DNA of 59,568 bases, filler included, from Basidiobolus meristosporus CBS 931.73 (lineage: Eukaryota; Fungi; Basidiobolomycota), in the NCBI GenBank assembly GCA_002104905.1. It is 3 parts of 3 records of this genome, joined end to end, with 100 filler letters (N's around TTAATTAATTAA, not from the genome) between each part and the next. Parts side by side here need not be neighbours in the genome. Positions count along the whole stretch, not along the records: positions 17,177 to 47,184 come from MCFE01000856.1; 2 more parts are not named here. One strand, given 5' to 3'. This document shows, piece by piece, positions 33,650-45,926 of this stretch (the stretch's first letter is position 1; each line of letters begins with the position of its first letter). The notes beneath the pieces were generated by a model. It had not been told where the DNA came from. It searched no databases and saw only the letters and a program-made list of their open reading frames with translations. Position numbers and translations under genes: made by a program.

Positions 33650-35340
33650 ATACCGATGTCAGCCTGGCCAATTGATTACATCTCCCACCATTGCTACCAC
33701 TGCGTTTCTTTGATCGAGCATGCCATTGCGAAGCCATGTGAAGTAACGCCCTTTGAATGTACGAGCCGGGTCGATCGAGACACCTCGAGTTGAGAGAGGC
33801 TACTTTGGAAGCCTTCTCTTCAGGCACAACCCGAGCCGTCACTCTCTCGGGTTTAATACCAATCTTAAGGGCGATCACTGTAGCAGAGATACGATGACGG
33901 TCACCATTTTCGGCGCTCTTCCAGATTGGGATGGATTCACCGGTGATGGTAGATTCGTCAAACGTGGACGTTCCATGGTAGAGGGTACTATCACAAGGAA
34001 TACGTATACCAGGGTTGACTTTTAGTATATCTTCCTGTTGAACAAGTGCAAAATTGATCTCCTCCTCTTGAGAGTTTTAAATGGGCTGCCCCTCCTTGGT
34101 TGTCACAAGGGTGGCAGTTTCTGCCTGCAGCTCCATAAGCTTACTGATGGTATAAGCCTCAAGGAATTTCCCAAGCAGAATGAGTGTAATCAGGTAGATA
34201 ATTGTGCCGAAGAATTGATGTCTCTCGGAGCAGCTTTTCTCAACAATGTCGGCAATACAAGTTCCAACCAAAGCAAAGTAGGCCACACCAGTACCCAAAG
34301 AGACTGGCACATCCATGTTTGCCGTATGCGCATATCACAATGATTTTTACGCTTTTCGATGGAATGGCCATGCGAGGATGAACAGGGGTAGCCAGGATTC
34401 ACATAATGAGAAATGATACACTGAGTCCTGGGCAAACCTCGGAGGCAAAAGCTCTGCGGACTCTATTTTCCTTAAAGAGCGCAACATCGAAGATAATTCC
34501 GATAACGAAGGCTGGAATAGCGAAGCTGAGGGCCAAAAGAAAACGGATAAGTAGGGAACGTGTTTCATGCGAGTGGCACTCCTGAGTGGATGGCCAGGGC
34601 AGATTCGCTTGAATATTTCGTGGGCCAACCTTTGTAGGATCATGTACTACCACGCCAGATTGCATAAGAAGGTTGATCTGGCAGGATATGATACCATCAC
34701 ACTCTCGGAGGTTGGATTCTATACTATTTACACGAGAAGAACAGGCCATGCCAGTGATGCTCAAATTGGTGATAAGGGTGGGGTTTACGCTGTATTCTTC
34801 TTTATCAGATGTGTCGCTTCACTGAACAGTCACCCACTGTAAATCGACTAGATCAAAGCTGATGTTAGAAATCGCTTCTTCGATAATCTTTCCGAGTTCT
34901 TCTTGATCTTCGCTAGCGAATACCGCCACACCGCGGCCAGTGGGTGCACTGCCACCAATGGTCCCTTCAACGATGGTTTCAACCGCAGAAAGTGCCTTTT
35001 CGGTGGTCATCCCTTTGATCTGCATCATAACACGGTATTCTAAAGATTCCTCGCCCTCTTAGGCATAGGAGATGTGTTCTGTGAATGATTTGGGACCGTC
35101 TCCCATTGGAGATCGCCCAGACCATAGCCAATGTTTAAGATAGACCTCTCTATGACTTTGCTTAACCGCTCACGATCGTCTGACGTGGAATCAGCTATGC
35201 CGCGGCCAGTGAATGAACTGACGCTTATGGAATCCATGACGATTGAATCGATTGCCGCCAAGGCCTTTTCCGTGCTTTTGACACAGGATGAGGAGCTCAT
35301 CCCCTCTATTTGCATAATTGCCCGATATAGCAAGCTCTGT
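33650..35340 (-). pseudogene. Copper-type P1B-ATPase pseudogene
   Basis: Three HMA-like repeats with broken GMxCxxC, TM segment LITLILLGKFLEAY, DESTITGES, then a jump to IALKIGIKPERVTARVVPEEK; no CPC or DKTGT seen; frameshifts. Confidence 0.8.
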
Positions 35341-37953
35341 CCAGGCTGGGAAACCTTAATGCTCTACAACTCCGAAGACATTTCAGTCTGAAACAGTTTA
35401 TATAAAGAGCGTGGATTGTTGAAAAGAAGAAATGAGGCAACTGAGTGGTAATGAATGCTAATTTGGATGTTACGTGGGCAACTCTGGTAAATTTATAGTA
35501 TTCTCAGTGCCGCGAAGCTTGCCCGATATAGCATTTCCAAACAAAGTGAATAAATTTCTGTTCCTGGATTAAGGAATTAGGGCGCAAGAGCGAGTTCAGT
35601 CATTGGTCACAAAGCTCAGTATTTACTAAATTGAGATAGCCATAACAGATCCTCTTGGAACTTCGAACATATATAATGATGATCCCCAAATTATCAAGGA
35701 TTTGTTATCAGATTGAATAAACTGAAAAGAAAAAGCTTTCGAGTTCTATAATAGTACCTCAAAAAAGCGGCCAAAATCCCTCATATTTACGGTTACTTTA
35801 CTTTTCGTTAACATTGAATGTTATTCACAGAACAAAATACTGGCCATAGACTTTAGTTTGCAAAAGAGGGGGGGGGGCTATGTGGATTTTGTTCGTACCG
35901 ATCTAGCTTGTATCTACGTTCAGGGATGGCCAATCAAAAAATATATCTGGGTATATCATTCTTTTTCATTAAATGCTTACATCCCCATAGATGAAGATTC
36001 ATACACTTGCTTTCAGGTTGAAGGCATCCTGGGTGCATACAACAAAGCCATTTCCACTCCATACACGATCTTTTCAAATACTATGCAACGCAAGAGTAGC
36101 AGTGGTAAGCAAACGTGCAAGGGGTTACAAAATTATACAAGATAAGAGTGTCAACAGATTAGACATCCATTATAGGGATAGTTGGTAGGATGTACATGCG
36201 CTTCGTTATGCTATAATTCTATTAGTACACTAGTCAAACTTGTGCGAAATAAGGGGGTTTTTAGCCTTGTGGAACTATTTGTTCGCAAGGCGATAGGTAA
36301 ATGGCGATATACATATTTTCACAGATTGCAAGCCAACTGCTGAACAAGTAAAGATAAGATCATAAGAAGTTGATACTAGAGATGGTTTTGATCACTACTC
36401 AATCGTTTATAAAATGCAGTGCTAGCAATGCCTTTTCACAGACAGAACCGTGCTGTTGCCATTGAATTCCATTACGGTCTGACTGATAGAGATAACGAAT
36501 GTGGTGAAGAACGCTAGAGTACGTCAGCAAATACGGAAGAAAGTTCTCACAGATGACCACCATCCCTATCCTTATGTTCTGATCACCAATATAATGAAGA
36601 TAGATACGGTAATGAATGCGATGGAGATGTTTCTCGCTACGACCACAAACATATCAACGAGTATCGGAGAGGAACCTGTCATAGAAATGTATATCAAAGT
36701 CACTTCCTTGGTTGCCTAAAAACTGACATAAAAATTCGTTAAAAAACTGGCATCTCAAAGATTTCAAACGACTTTATGTATTCAGTGAATGAATTTGGGC
36801 GAAACCAATCACATTGATAAAATTCTATGAATCAGGCAGAGATTGGGAAGGAGTTGACAGAGCCTCTGAGTTCAGTACGATGCATATCAGGTTGTGCAGA
36901 ATTCTAAAATCAAGGCTGAAATTTTTAAGAATGTATTACTTGCAAAATGTCGTACATCCCTTCCTGCTACAAGGTGGCTTGCCGCTTCATCACGTGCACA
37001 CTCAGCCGAATTCACAGCATTTGACTTGGCTACTATCTAACATACAAAGCAATATCTTCAATAACAATAAATATAGATCCAATAATAGTGATAGCCAGTA
37101 CTTTAGTTATTATTTGCAAAAAAATCGCTTATTGGGAGAATCATGGATACTGGGGATTGAGGATACCTCATGTATAGTGAAATATACACCCACTCCAGAA
37201 GCATCACCCAACTCTATTTTCAATGCTGGCTTGGCTGCAATACCTGTGAACAAGGCCACGATATATCAAGTGGGTTACACCGGAAATACCAAATAGATTG
37301 ATAGTGCACACATATATTTATCATTAGTGGTTTGCAAAATAGGGCCAACTTGCGCAGTTCATATATTACATACTATCGCCCACACCATGCTTGTTCCCTC
37401 ATTCCCAAGCGTTGATCAGACCATTTTCGGCAAAAAGGATTGTGTGTGGAGGTGGTTGGATCCTTTCCTGCATCAACTGAAGCAAGGACAGTTAAAGGAT
37501 TGATCACCTGCTGAGAAAAATATTCGTCTCACTATTCGTGACTTTAATGGATATCCAAACGGTTAGCGTTTCGATGTTTAGTAATCTCATTGAGAAGGCA
37601 GTAGTTTAGTCGTATTTGTGGTTGCTGTGTCACTAACAGGTCAAGTATTGGAAAAACTGACCAGCTGCCTATATAATACAGCATGTTCAGTTGACAAGTA
37701 TGAGTAGGGCATTGTGTGAGCTTTACTACGCGCTAGTATGTATTCCTAATTTGTCAAGTGCCGATGCCTCCTAAATCAATATTCTTTTTTTTTCATGTGA
37801 ATATTGTCTAGTATAAGTTGCTCAGAGCATACTGCTGGTTAATGCTAGCTGGCCTTAGTATGCATCAACCTTATTGCTGGAGCCCACATTCAATGATTCA
37901 TAATATACCATTGGATCTCGTTAGTAGTATGAACATACAAAGGTTCTAAGCAA

Positions 37954-38352
37954 TTAGCTACATTTTCCTACGTAGTTGACAGTCAATTCACCATGTTTAA
38001 CGTCATTATCCTCAGGATACCCCAATGGAACACTGCCACATTCATTGCAGCCATGATTTTGCAGTTCATGGAGTAATGACCAGGCTTTAGAGGTAGTAAT
38101 TGAACTACCAGTTTTTTGTGTAAAAGCAGTAATATCACCAAGGATACGGCAGTTAGCTGTAATTCTTACTCCAGGCCCATAAGAATTTCCGCTTGGAAGA
38201 CTACAAATCTTAGCCACCAGTTGGTTCGAACTATTTACAGTAATAGCACATTCACTACCACCACGGTAGTTAATTCCGAGACCGTCTACTACACTTAGTA
38301 CCACCATGCTGAAGAAAGCAGTGCCTCCAAAGGTGATGGTTGATGTTTTCAT
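37954..38352 (-). CDS. KP4 killer-toxin family secreted protein
   Basis: Signal peptide, then LGINYRGGSEC ... HGCNECGSVP ... NDVKHGELTVNYV, matching KP4 (LGINCRGSSQC...HGCRVCGSDP...NDVSRGQLTVNYV). Confidence 0.88.
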   Translation of the reverse strand: MKTSTITFGGTAFFSMVVLSVVDGLGINYRGGSECAITVNSSNQLVAKICSLPSGNSYGPGVRITANCRILGDITAFTQKTGSSITTSKAWSLLHELQNHGCNECGSVPLGYPEDNDVKHGELTVNYVGKCS

Positions 38353-39413
38353 GGCAAGCTAGGACGATATGTTGAACTTCTGGATGGTGAGAATAATCCT
38401 TTAGATAGTCGTATCATTATCAACCAGCTGGCCCGTGTTTGAAGGTTGCTTGACATTAGACAACATATTGGAATCTAATGATAATGATAGAAATAAAGAC
38501 AAGCGGCATTTGTATCAGAGTTATTGCTTTAACCATTAGGCTGCTTGGTCCACTTAGGTTGTAACCCGTCATAGACAATGTACTTGGCGTGTCTCCTAGA
38601 CTCGGATCCTCGTCATCGTACCCAAATTTTGATCAGAACAGTGGGGACCATGTGCGGTTTGTTTACACTCTTTCGGGATGCACCGATACATACAAAGACC
38701 GAGAATATTAGATAAGTTTGGTTCGAAAAGTTTCTTCGTTGATACGGATGTACCGGAGAGGGGAATTCTGGCATTGACGTGATATTATTTCGAATAATAC
38801 GACAACCCCCGCTCTCTCGGTATCTGCAGATCTCATATATAGAGCGCTTTGTCAATGGCTGCAGGGTATTTGAAGAATCCTGAATCCATCAACAGGATAA
38901 GTGCTCCATGAAATCAAATCAAAGAGCGCAATCTCAATGATTAGTATAGTTAGGTTAATATTCAAATCCAGCATTATACAAGTTACCACGGTAATTACTA
39001 GTTTCAGTGGAGGTGGGAATTGGCGCAAACGGTTGCGCCTCCCGGTTTGATGTGGTCTTGATATGCATAGTAGCTGCATGGCTCCATGGCACATGTGTTT
39101 CTGCCAAGAAGGGAATTCCTATATCAGAGTAGCCCACAGTTGCCTAGCCTCATGGAAACTATCAGTAGTTGTAGGTTAGACAGAATCAGGTTTTGGCAAA
39201 ACCTAGCAACCGTTGAGGCTGCTTGGTGTTGATTGGCTGTTCTTCAAGTTCTGTCGTACAACCGGATCTTCTCTGAATACCAACGATAAATCTCGTGTAA
39301 CGAACAAACATCACAGGGTTTCCAGGTTTTTGGAGGCCGCACTTATATAAGGTCAGAATGGTTTCTCCATCTCGATCCATCCCAGCTTTTATCCAACACA
39401 TCCTATTTGTTCA

Positions 39414-40328
39414 ATGTCCAAGAAGCCATCTACATCTCACAGCCAAGCTGAAGTCTTTACTACTCAGCCAACTAGCAATGTAATGTCAAAGACGTTCGCC
39501 AAAGAAATCCCGGTAAAGCCTGTCACTGGGTTCTATGGGGTTGCCATGCAGAACTTGGGAAGCATATTTGGAGCATTTGGCTCGATTCCTGGGTGTTTCT
39601 GCTGCCCCAATCCCAACAAGGAGGTAGATCAAGGGTATGTTGGTCTAGTCTCTCGATTTGGCCGAGTCTACAAATGCGTGGATCCGGGCCTCACCACTGT
39701 GAATGTCTTCACCGAGAGACTTCATAGAGTCGACGTTAAAGTGCAAATTGCCTTGATTGAGGACATACGCATTATGACTAAGGATAATGTGAATATCAAA
39801 ATTGACGCGGTTGTCTACTATCACGTAGTGGACCCATATCAGGCATTATTCGGGGTTAGCAACGTTCGCCAAGCTCTGATTGAGCGCACACAAACCACAC
39901 TTAGAGGGGTGCTCGGAACAAGAGTCCTCCAAGACTGTATCGAGAATCGGGAGACAATTGCGGATGACATCCGTGAGATGATCGACATCCCAGCCAGAGA
40001 GTGGGGTGTCACCATTGAATCCATCTTGATTAAGGATCTTGAATTCTCCAAGGAGCTGCAAGAGTCGCTTTCTAGTGCAGCCACTCAAAAGAGAATCGGT
40101 GAATCGAAGGTGATATCTGCTCAAGCCGAAGTTGATTCGGCTAAGCTGATGCGCGAGGCAGCTGAAATTCTCAACACTCCGGCAGCTATGCAAATTCGTT
40201 ATCTCGAAACTCTAAGTTCGATGAGCAAGAACACTGGGACAAAGGTGATTTTCATGCCCCTTGAGCATGGTTCGAGTAGTAATGCTGTCCACAAGGCAGT
40301 ACTCCAAAACCAAATGACCGAGTTGTAA
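39414..40328 (+). CDS. Stomatin-like SPFH/band 7 protein
   Basis: 304-aa ORF; VDQGYVGLVSRFG, TKDNVNIKIDAVVYY, AQAEVDSAKLMREAAEIL, AMQIRYLETL. Confidence 0.95.
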   Translation: MSKKPSTSHSQAEVFTTQPTSNVMSKTFAKEIPVKPVTGFYGVAMQNLGSIFGAFGSIPGCFCCPNPNKEVDQGYVGLVSRFGRVYKCVDPGLTTVNVFTERLHRVDVKVQIALIEDIRIMTKDNVNIKIDAVVYYHVVDPYQALFGVSNVRQALIERTQTTLRGVLGTRVLQDCIENRETIADDIREMIDIPAREWGVTIESILIKDLEFSKELQESLSSAATQKRIGESKVISAQAEVDSAKLMREAAEILNTPAAMQIRYLETLSSMSKNTGTKVIFMPLEHGSSSNAVHKAVLQNQMTEL

Positions 40329-40938
40329 CAATGTATATGTAAGCTAATTTTGTAGCTGTTGATTCCCCTTTATTCTGCTGTACCTCTCGTAGTATACTTG
40401 TTTATGATGATGTAACTATGCCATATTTACCTAGCTGTACACCAAATAGCTCTAATAGTTACCACCTATATGTATATTAATTATACCCAGCTATAACTGC
40501 ATTTTAATCCCGGCTTTTGAATACTCTTCTTGTCTGCATTAGGTATAGCAGTGTTTTATCAGGTATTCATATATTAAATTTGTCATATATTTAGCACAAG
40601 AAAGTAGGTAGTATACTGAGTACTGTACTTGCATTATGAGGGTGCTATATATCACATGGGCTCTTTGGCCATCTCTGGGGCTTTTCATGTTCTGGGTACC
40701 TGATGTATTGGTGAGATATTCTAAGTAAATCCCATCAAGCAATTTAGGCAGACTTCTCTAAGATTAGTAAACAATGATCCAAGTGACTAAGTAAACGGAG
40801 TATATAGGTGTAAAGCAGTATGTACAGCACTCCCAGTCACCTGACTATTCCTATTAACTAGGCCTAACTATAATATAGGTGTTCAGATCTGTCTCTGGTT
40901 TACAGCTTTAAGATAGCCTCATTACAGCCAGCCACTTG

Positions 40939-41945
40939 GGGTTAGGGGAGGGAGACAGACACCAACAGGTGGAATCTTTATTTCAGTTGAAACAAAGTAG
41001 CCAGCACTACTGTTGTAGCTTTGATACAAGAGTGTGTAGCTGAGGGGAATTTGTAGGTAAGTTAATAAGAAGTGATGATAGTTCTTCAGTGCTCAAGACA
41101 CTGTTCAGTGGGAAGGGGGTAGCAAGAGAGGTAAAAATGACTTGTGAACAACATTAATGAGGGGAATGTGATAAGGATTGATATTCATCATAAAGGGAGT
41201 GTGCTGCTGCAGATATTGCTGCCAAAGGTCTGTCAAGTACTTCAGGTAGGCCAGCTTGGGTTTTCTGACTGCAGAATATAATGAGCAAACTTCTTGACTT
41301 CAGGATCTCCAAGTATAGTTCTCCAGCAGGAGCCAGGTGTTGTGTGGTGTGTTCTCTTCCAGGCCTTAATCAGTGGGTTGTTGCAGTTGTGAAGTCTGAG
41401 GTATAATCTGGTTCTAAGGTAGAGAAGTCTGATCTTATAGAGCATAAACCCAAAAGCACCAAGAATAGCATGTCTGTAGGGGCATTCAGGCAGATGAGGC
41501 ACCAAGGAGGTAATGCACCATACTGCAAACTTGTCAAGCTTAGTGCAGTCTCTAGAAGTAAGAGAGAGAAGTGGTAAGCCAAATTCCAGGACAGAGAAGA
41601 CAAACTGCTTGAGTAGAAGGAGGCAGCTGGGAGCTGAAGTTGTAGGAGGAGTAACAGCCAGTAGCTTGTGGAGTGCCTGTCTTGCCAGGATAATTCTCTT
41701 CTTCAGGTGTGCTCCAGAGTCTAGTCCAGTAGGAAGGAAAGGAAAGCCAAGATATGTAGCAGAAACCTGAGCAGGTAGAGTGGAGTTCTCCAAGTTGATG
41801 GGAGAGCCCAAAGGTACTGTCTTTGCAATGGAAAGCTGGAGATTATTCTTCTGCAGATACTGGTGGATGGTCTGGGAGTCTTGTTGCACATTGGAGGAGG
41901 ATATTCTGATGTCATCAGCAAAGAGAGTAACCAGGCAGTCAGCTG
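40939..41945 (-). mobile_element. Telomeric non-LTR unit D (5'-truncated RT, frameshifted)
   Basis: SLFADDI...YLGFPF... homologous to units B and C; 3' motif at 40939-41003 ending CCCTCCCCTAACCC on the minus strand. Confidence 0.8.
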
Positions 41946-42878
41946 AGAGGGTGTAGGTGTTATAGTAAGGGCTAGGAAAAGGTTAGAAGAGTAGGGGGTC
42001 TGGGGGATGCAGTCCCCTAGAGAATAAAAAAGCAGGGGGTTTGGGGGATGCAATCCCCCATACTGCTCCCATACTCTTTAAATTCCTGTTGGATTACTTT
42101 TCTCTCATTCTTGGTTCTGGTCCCTTAGGGTTAGAATTCCTCCTCCTAACCCTTATCACCCTAACCATAAATATTTTTACCCTACAATTGGCACATTGTC
42201 TGCTCATATAGTGGGCATGTCTGGGCCAATATTTGTCTCCCTATACTGTCCATATGCTCTGTATAAGTCTTGATGACTATTTAATTAATAAATTGTTACT
42301 TTTAATGTATATGTAATAATTAATGGGATTCATCCCAATCTGGCCACAATCCCATATTTTGATAAGCTTTGGGCACCATAAATTGCGTGGCCCTAATATG
42401 ATAAAAAAATTCATGGCCAAGACAAATTTTCTGTAACCCGATTGCTTTTACCAAATATAAAGTGTATCCCAAAGTTCAATATATATTATGGCTATAATAG
42501 AAACTTTATTTGACACCATTGCAACTACTACTTATGTTCTATGTGCACATGTATCCCGCAGGAATTGTAAAACTTAGCCATGTGGTACAAAAGTGCTTTT
42601 ATTTTTCATCATGATAGTTTTACATGAGTCCCTAACATACTTTTATAGTGCGCAGTAACCATACCCCCAGAAAGTAGTGTGGATGCTTACTTTAAACGCT
42701 CACTTGTGTATTGTACAAACTATCAACAAACAGCTGCGTGGGAATGGAACATCATAGAAAAGCATTGCTTTGTTGTTAGCAAGTATTGATGCGCAAATAG
42801 TGGTACTATGTGAATTATTGAGTAACTATTTACTCTAGTTGGTTCCAAGATATTCCTAGACAATATGCTCAAAATCAC

Positions 42879-44201
42879 TTAGGAGGGGGGGGGGAACCAC
42901 CGGTTGGTGTAATCTTTATTGTCAATCATTGTGAAAATAAAGAAGTCAGGGATTGATTCTGGAGTCTTGTAACATATTTGTACAGACACTTTGGGTTAAT
43001 ATGTAGATAGGTTGCTATTTCTTGTAGTTCCTCTGCATTGAATAGAGTGTTGAGAGGGAGTGGCGGTAGCACTAGTAATAATAACTGATGATCTATGTAT
43101 TGTGATGTGCTTTTGCCAATTGGTGATATAAAGCAAAGAAATGGGGTTTGCTGAGTTACATACTCTTGCCATAGTTGATTAAGATACTTGCTATATGCTT
43201 CTTTGGGGTTTTTACTCCCCTCTATTGCTTTGGCAAATTGCTGGACTTTTGGGCACCCAATGATAGTTGCCCAACAGGAGTTATTTTGAAGCATCTTGCA
43301 AGAAATCCATGCTTGTATCAACTCATTTGTTGATTTATGGAGTTGAATATGTAGTCTTGTACGGAGGTACAAAATTCTAATTGAATAAGGGAGTAGTCCA
43401 AAAGTTGCCAGGACTGCGTGGTGATACTGTGTTGGTGGGAGCCATGGTAATAAAGTATAAATGCTGTGAGAAACAAACTTGTCCAGTTTTGTCAGGTATC
43501 TTGTTGGAATAGGCATTATTGCCAATCCAAACTCCAGTACTGGGAGCACAAACTGCTTGAGTAACAAGTGACATTGGCTCAAAGGTATATCTGGTGGTGT
43601 AACAGAGACTAACTTGTGTAAAGCATGCCGTGCAAGTGCTATTTGCCTCCACACATGTGCTTTTACATCCAGACCAGATGCAGTAAACAGAAGCCCTAGA
43701 TAGATGACAGTTTCTGCTGGGCGTAGAGTTTGAGAGTTCAGCATAATACTGCATCCAACTGGCTTGGTTTTTGCCATTGAGAGACTAAGATTGTTTTGTG
43801 TAAGGTAGCTGACAATCAGGTTAGAGTCTTTTTCCAAATTACTGGAAGAGATACAAATATCATCTGTGTATAAGGTTGTAAGCGCAGAGGCTTCTAAGGC
43901 AGGAAAGTTGTTCATAAAGATGGCAAATAGTAGAGGGCCTAGTACAGATCCCTGCACTACCCCATTTGGAACATCATAAGTGGTAGATTGCATATTTGGA
44001 TGCAAAATGTAGGCCTTTGAGTCCTGATATAAAGCCATGATAAGAGCTGTAATTGTAGGTCCAGCAAAAGCTTCAGGTTTTCTCCAAAGTAGGTTACGGT
44101 CAACTGCATCAAATGCATGGGTAATATCCAAGAGTACTGCTGGAAATTTGTTACAGAGTGTGTGGTCATGGCTTAGCATGACAGCCATTTCTAGCAAGAC
44201 T
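42879..44201 (-). mobile_element. Telomeric non-LTR unit C (5'-truncated RT)
   Basis: ORF 42926-44197 with DITHAFD, GVVQGSVLGPLLF, LYTDD, YLG; 3' motif at 42879-42947. Confidence 0.87.
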
Positions 44202-45926
44202 TTAGGGGAGGGAAAGTCACCAAGTCGGTGAAATCTTTATTTGAGTTAAGAACTAATCTAAGTACAAATAAAGAAGCCAATTAAGAGGTCTAGAACCTCT
44301 CTAATAAGTAATCTAATTTATGTTTTGTTTCATCTCTAATGTTTGTTTCAATAAAGTAAAGCTCATCAGGGGTAAATATAAAATTCAGGGGTTTTGGGGG
44401 AAGTACAAATTGTAGATGTTTCTGATCAATATAATCCAAGACTGGAACCCAGCCTGGGATTAGGTGTAGTAGGAAAGGTGTGTGGACTTGTAAGTAGCTC
44501 TGCCACATAGATCTTAGATGGTTCTGAGCCAGTAGTCTTGGTTTCTCAGCTTTTTGAAGTTTTGAAGCAAGCTCTGTTACTACAGCAGAGCCAACCAGGT
44601 TGTGCCAGCAAGAAGATTTTAGGGAGGAGTTAGATTGAAGCCATTGTTTGATGGAGGGGTTATGTGATTTCTGATGTTTGACTAGGAAGGAAGCACGGAG
44701 ATAGATCATTCGGATTTGGTATGGGTAGAACCCAAAGGCTCCATTAGTTGCATGGATATAGGGAGATACTGGAAGATAAGGTACCAAGGATCTGATACAC
44801 TGATGGAGAAATTTATCCAGGCGGTGAAGCTCTCTGGAGGTTAGGGGTATAATGTGGAGACCAAATTCAAGTACCGGCAGTACATACTGCTTCAGAAGTA
44901 TAGGGATCTTTTGAATTGGAGTGTCTGGAGTGACTACTACTAGAAGCTTTTTGAGAGCCTGTTGGGCAAGACGGATCCTATTATTCAGGTGGAGCTTTGA
45001 GTCAATCCCATGTTGACAAAATGGCAGACCTAGATACATTGCAGTTTGTTGTGGCAGAATGCTAGTGTTCTGTATAGTTGTAGTGCACCCAATTGGGACT
45101 GTCTTGGAAATTGAGAGTGAGAGGTTGTTGGCAGCCAAGTACTTCTCAATGTTGGCAGTGTCTGCTATGGGATTAGGAGTAGCAATCTTGATATCATCCG
45201 CATAGAGAGTTAGTAGTGGATAGGGAGAGTCTGGTGAGGGGCCTTTTGGAAATAAAGGAAAGTCATGTAGGAGTATCACAAATAGTAAGGGACCTAGTAC
45301 AGATCCTTGGACTACTCCATTTGGAACCTCATAAGTCTCTGATGTGCAACTTGGATGCAAAATTTTGGCTGAGTTCTCACAAAATAGAGAACGTACAAGA
45401 AGGGTCATTGGTAGTGTGGTAACTGCTAATAGCTTTCTCCAAAGCAGAGCTCTGTCCACAGAGTCAAAGGCTTTAGTAATGTCAAACAGAATGGTTGGCA
45501 ATGAGAATTGAAGTGAATGATCATGGCTTAGCACTACAGCCATATCCAAGGAGAGTTTGGGCATGAAGCCAAACTGAGAAGGATGGAATGGATATAGTTG
45601 AGATTGCAAGGATCTTGCTATTATAAGCTCAAAGATTTTCAGGCAGGTTGGTAGGAGTGAAACTGGCCGGTAAGAACCTGGGAGTGAGTGTTTCCCCTTC
45701 CTTTTGTATAAGGGTATTACATTTGCCTGTGACCAGGCCTTTGGGGTAGTCAATTGTTGGGCACAGATAGAGTAGAATGGGATAAGTAAGTGACTCATTT
45801 TGGAGTAGCACACCCGGAGTAGATTGTAGGTAATCAAGTCATGTCCAGGTGCCGTATTTGCAGGAAGCTTCTTTAAAATTTTCTCCAGAAGCTTTGCTGA
45901 AATCAAAATTGGAGATGTTGGACTGC
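44202..45926 (-). mobile_element. Telomeric non-LTR unit B (LINE-type reverse transcriptase, no endonuclease present)
   Basis: Open frame 44290-45926: APGHDLITY, YRPVSLL, QFGF, DITKAFD, GVVQGSVLGPLLF, LYADD, YLG; 3' motif at 44202-44279. Confidence 0.9.

Noticed and set aside
36400-37296. Cluster of plus-strand ORFs including 160 aa at 36814-37296
   Set aside because: No convincing start, domain or homology; may be a decayed gene.
44290-45926. Penelope-like (Athena/Coprina) identity for the telomeric RT
   Set aside because: Motifs (APGxD, YRPVSLL, QFGF, GVVQGSVLGP) are LINE-type, not PLE-type.
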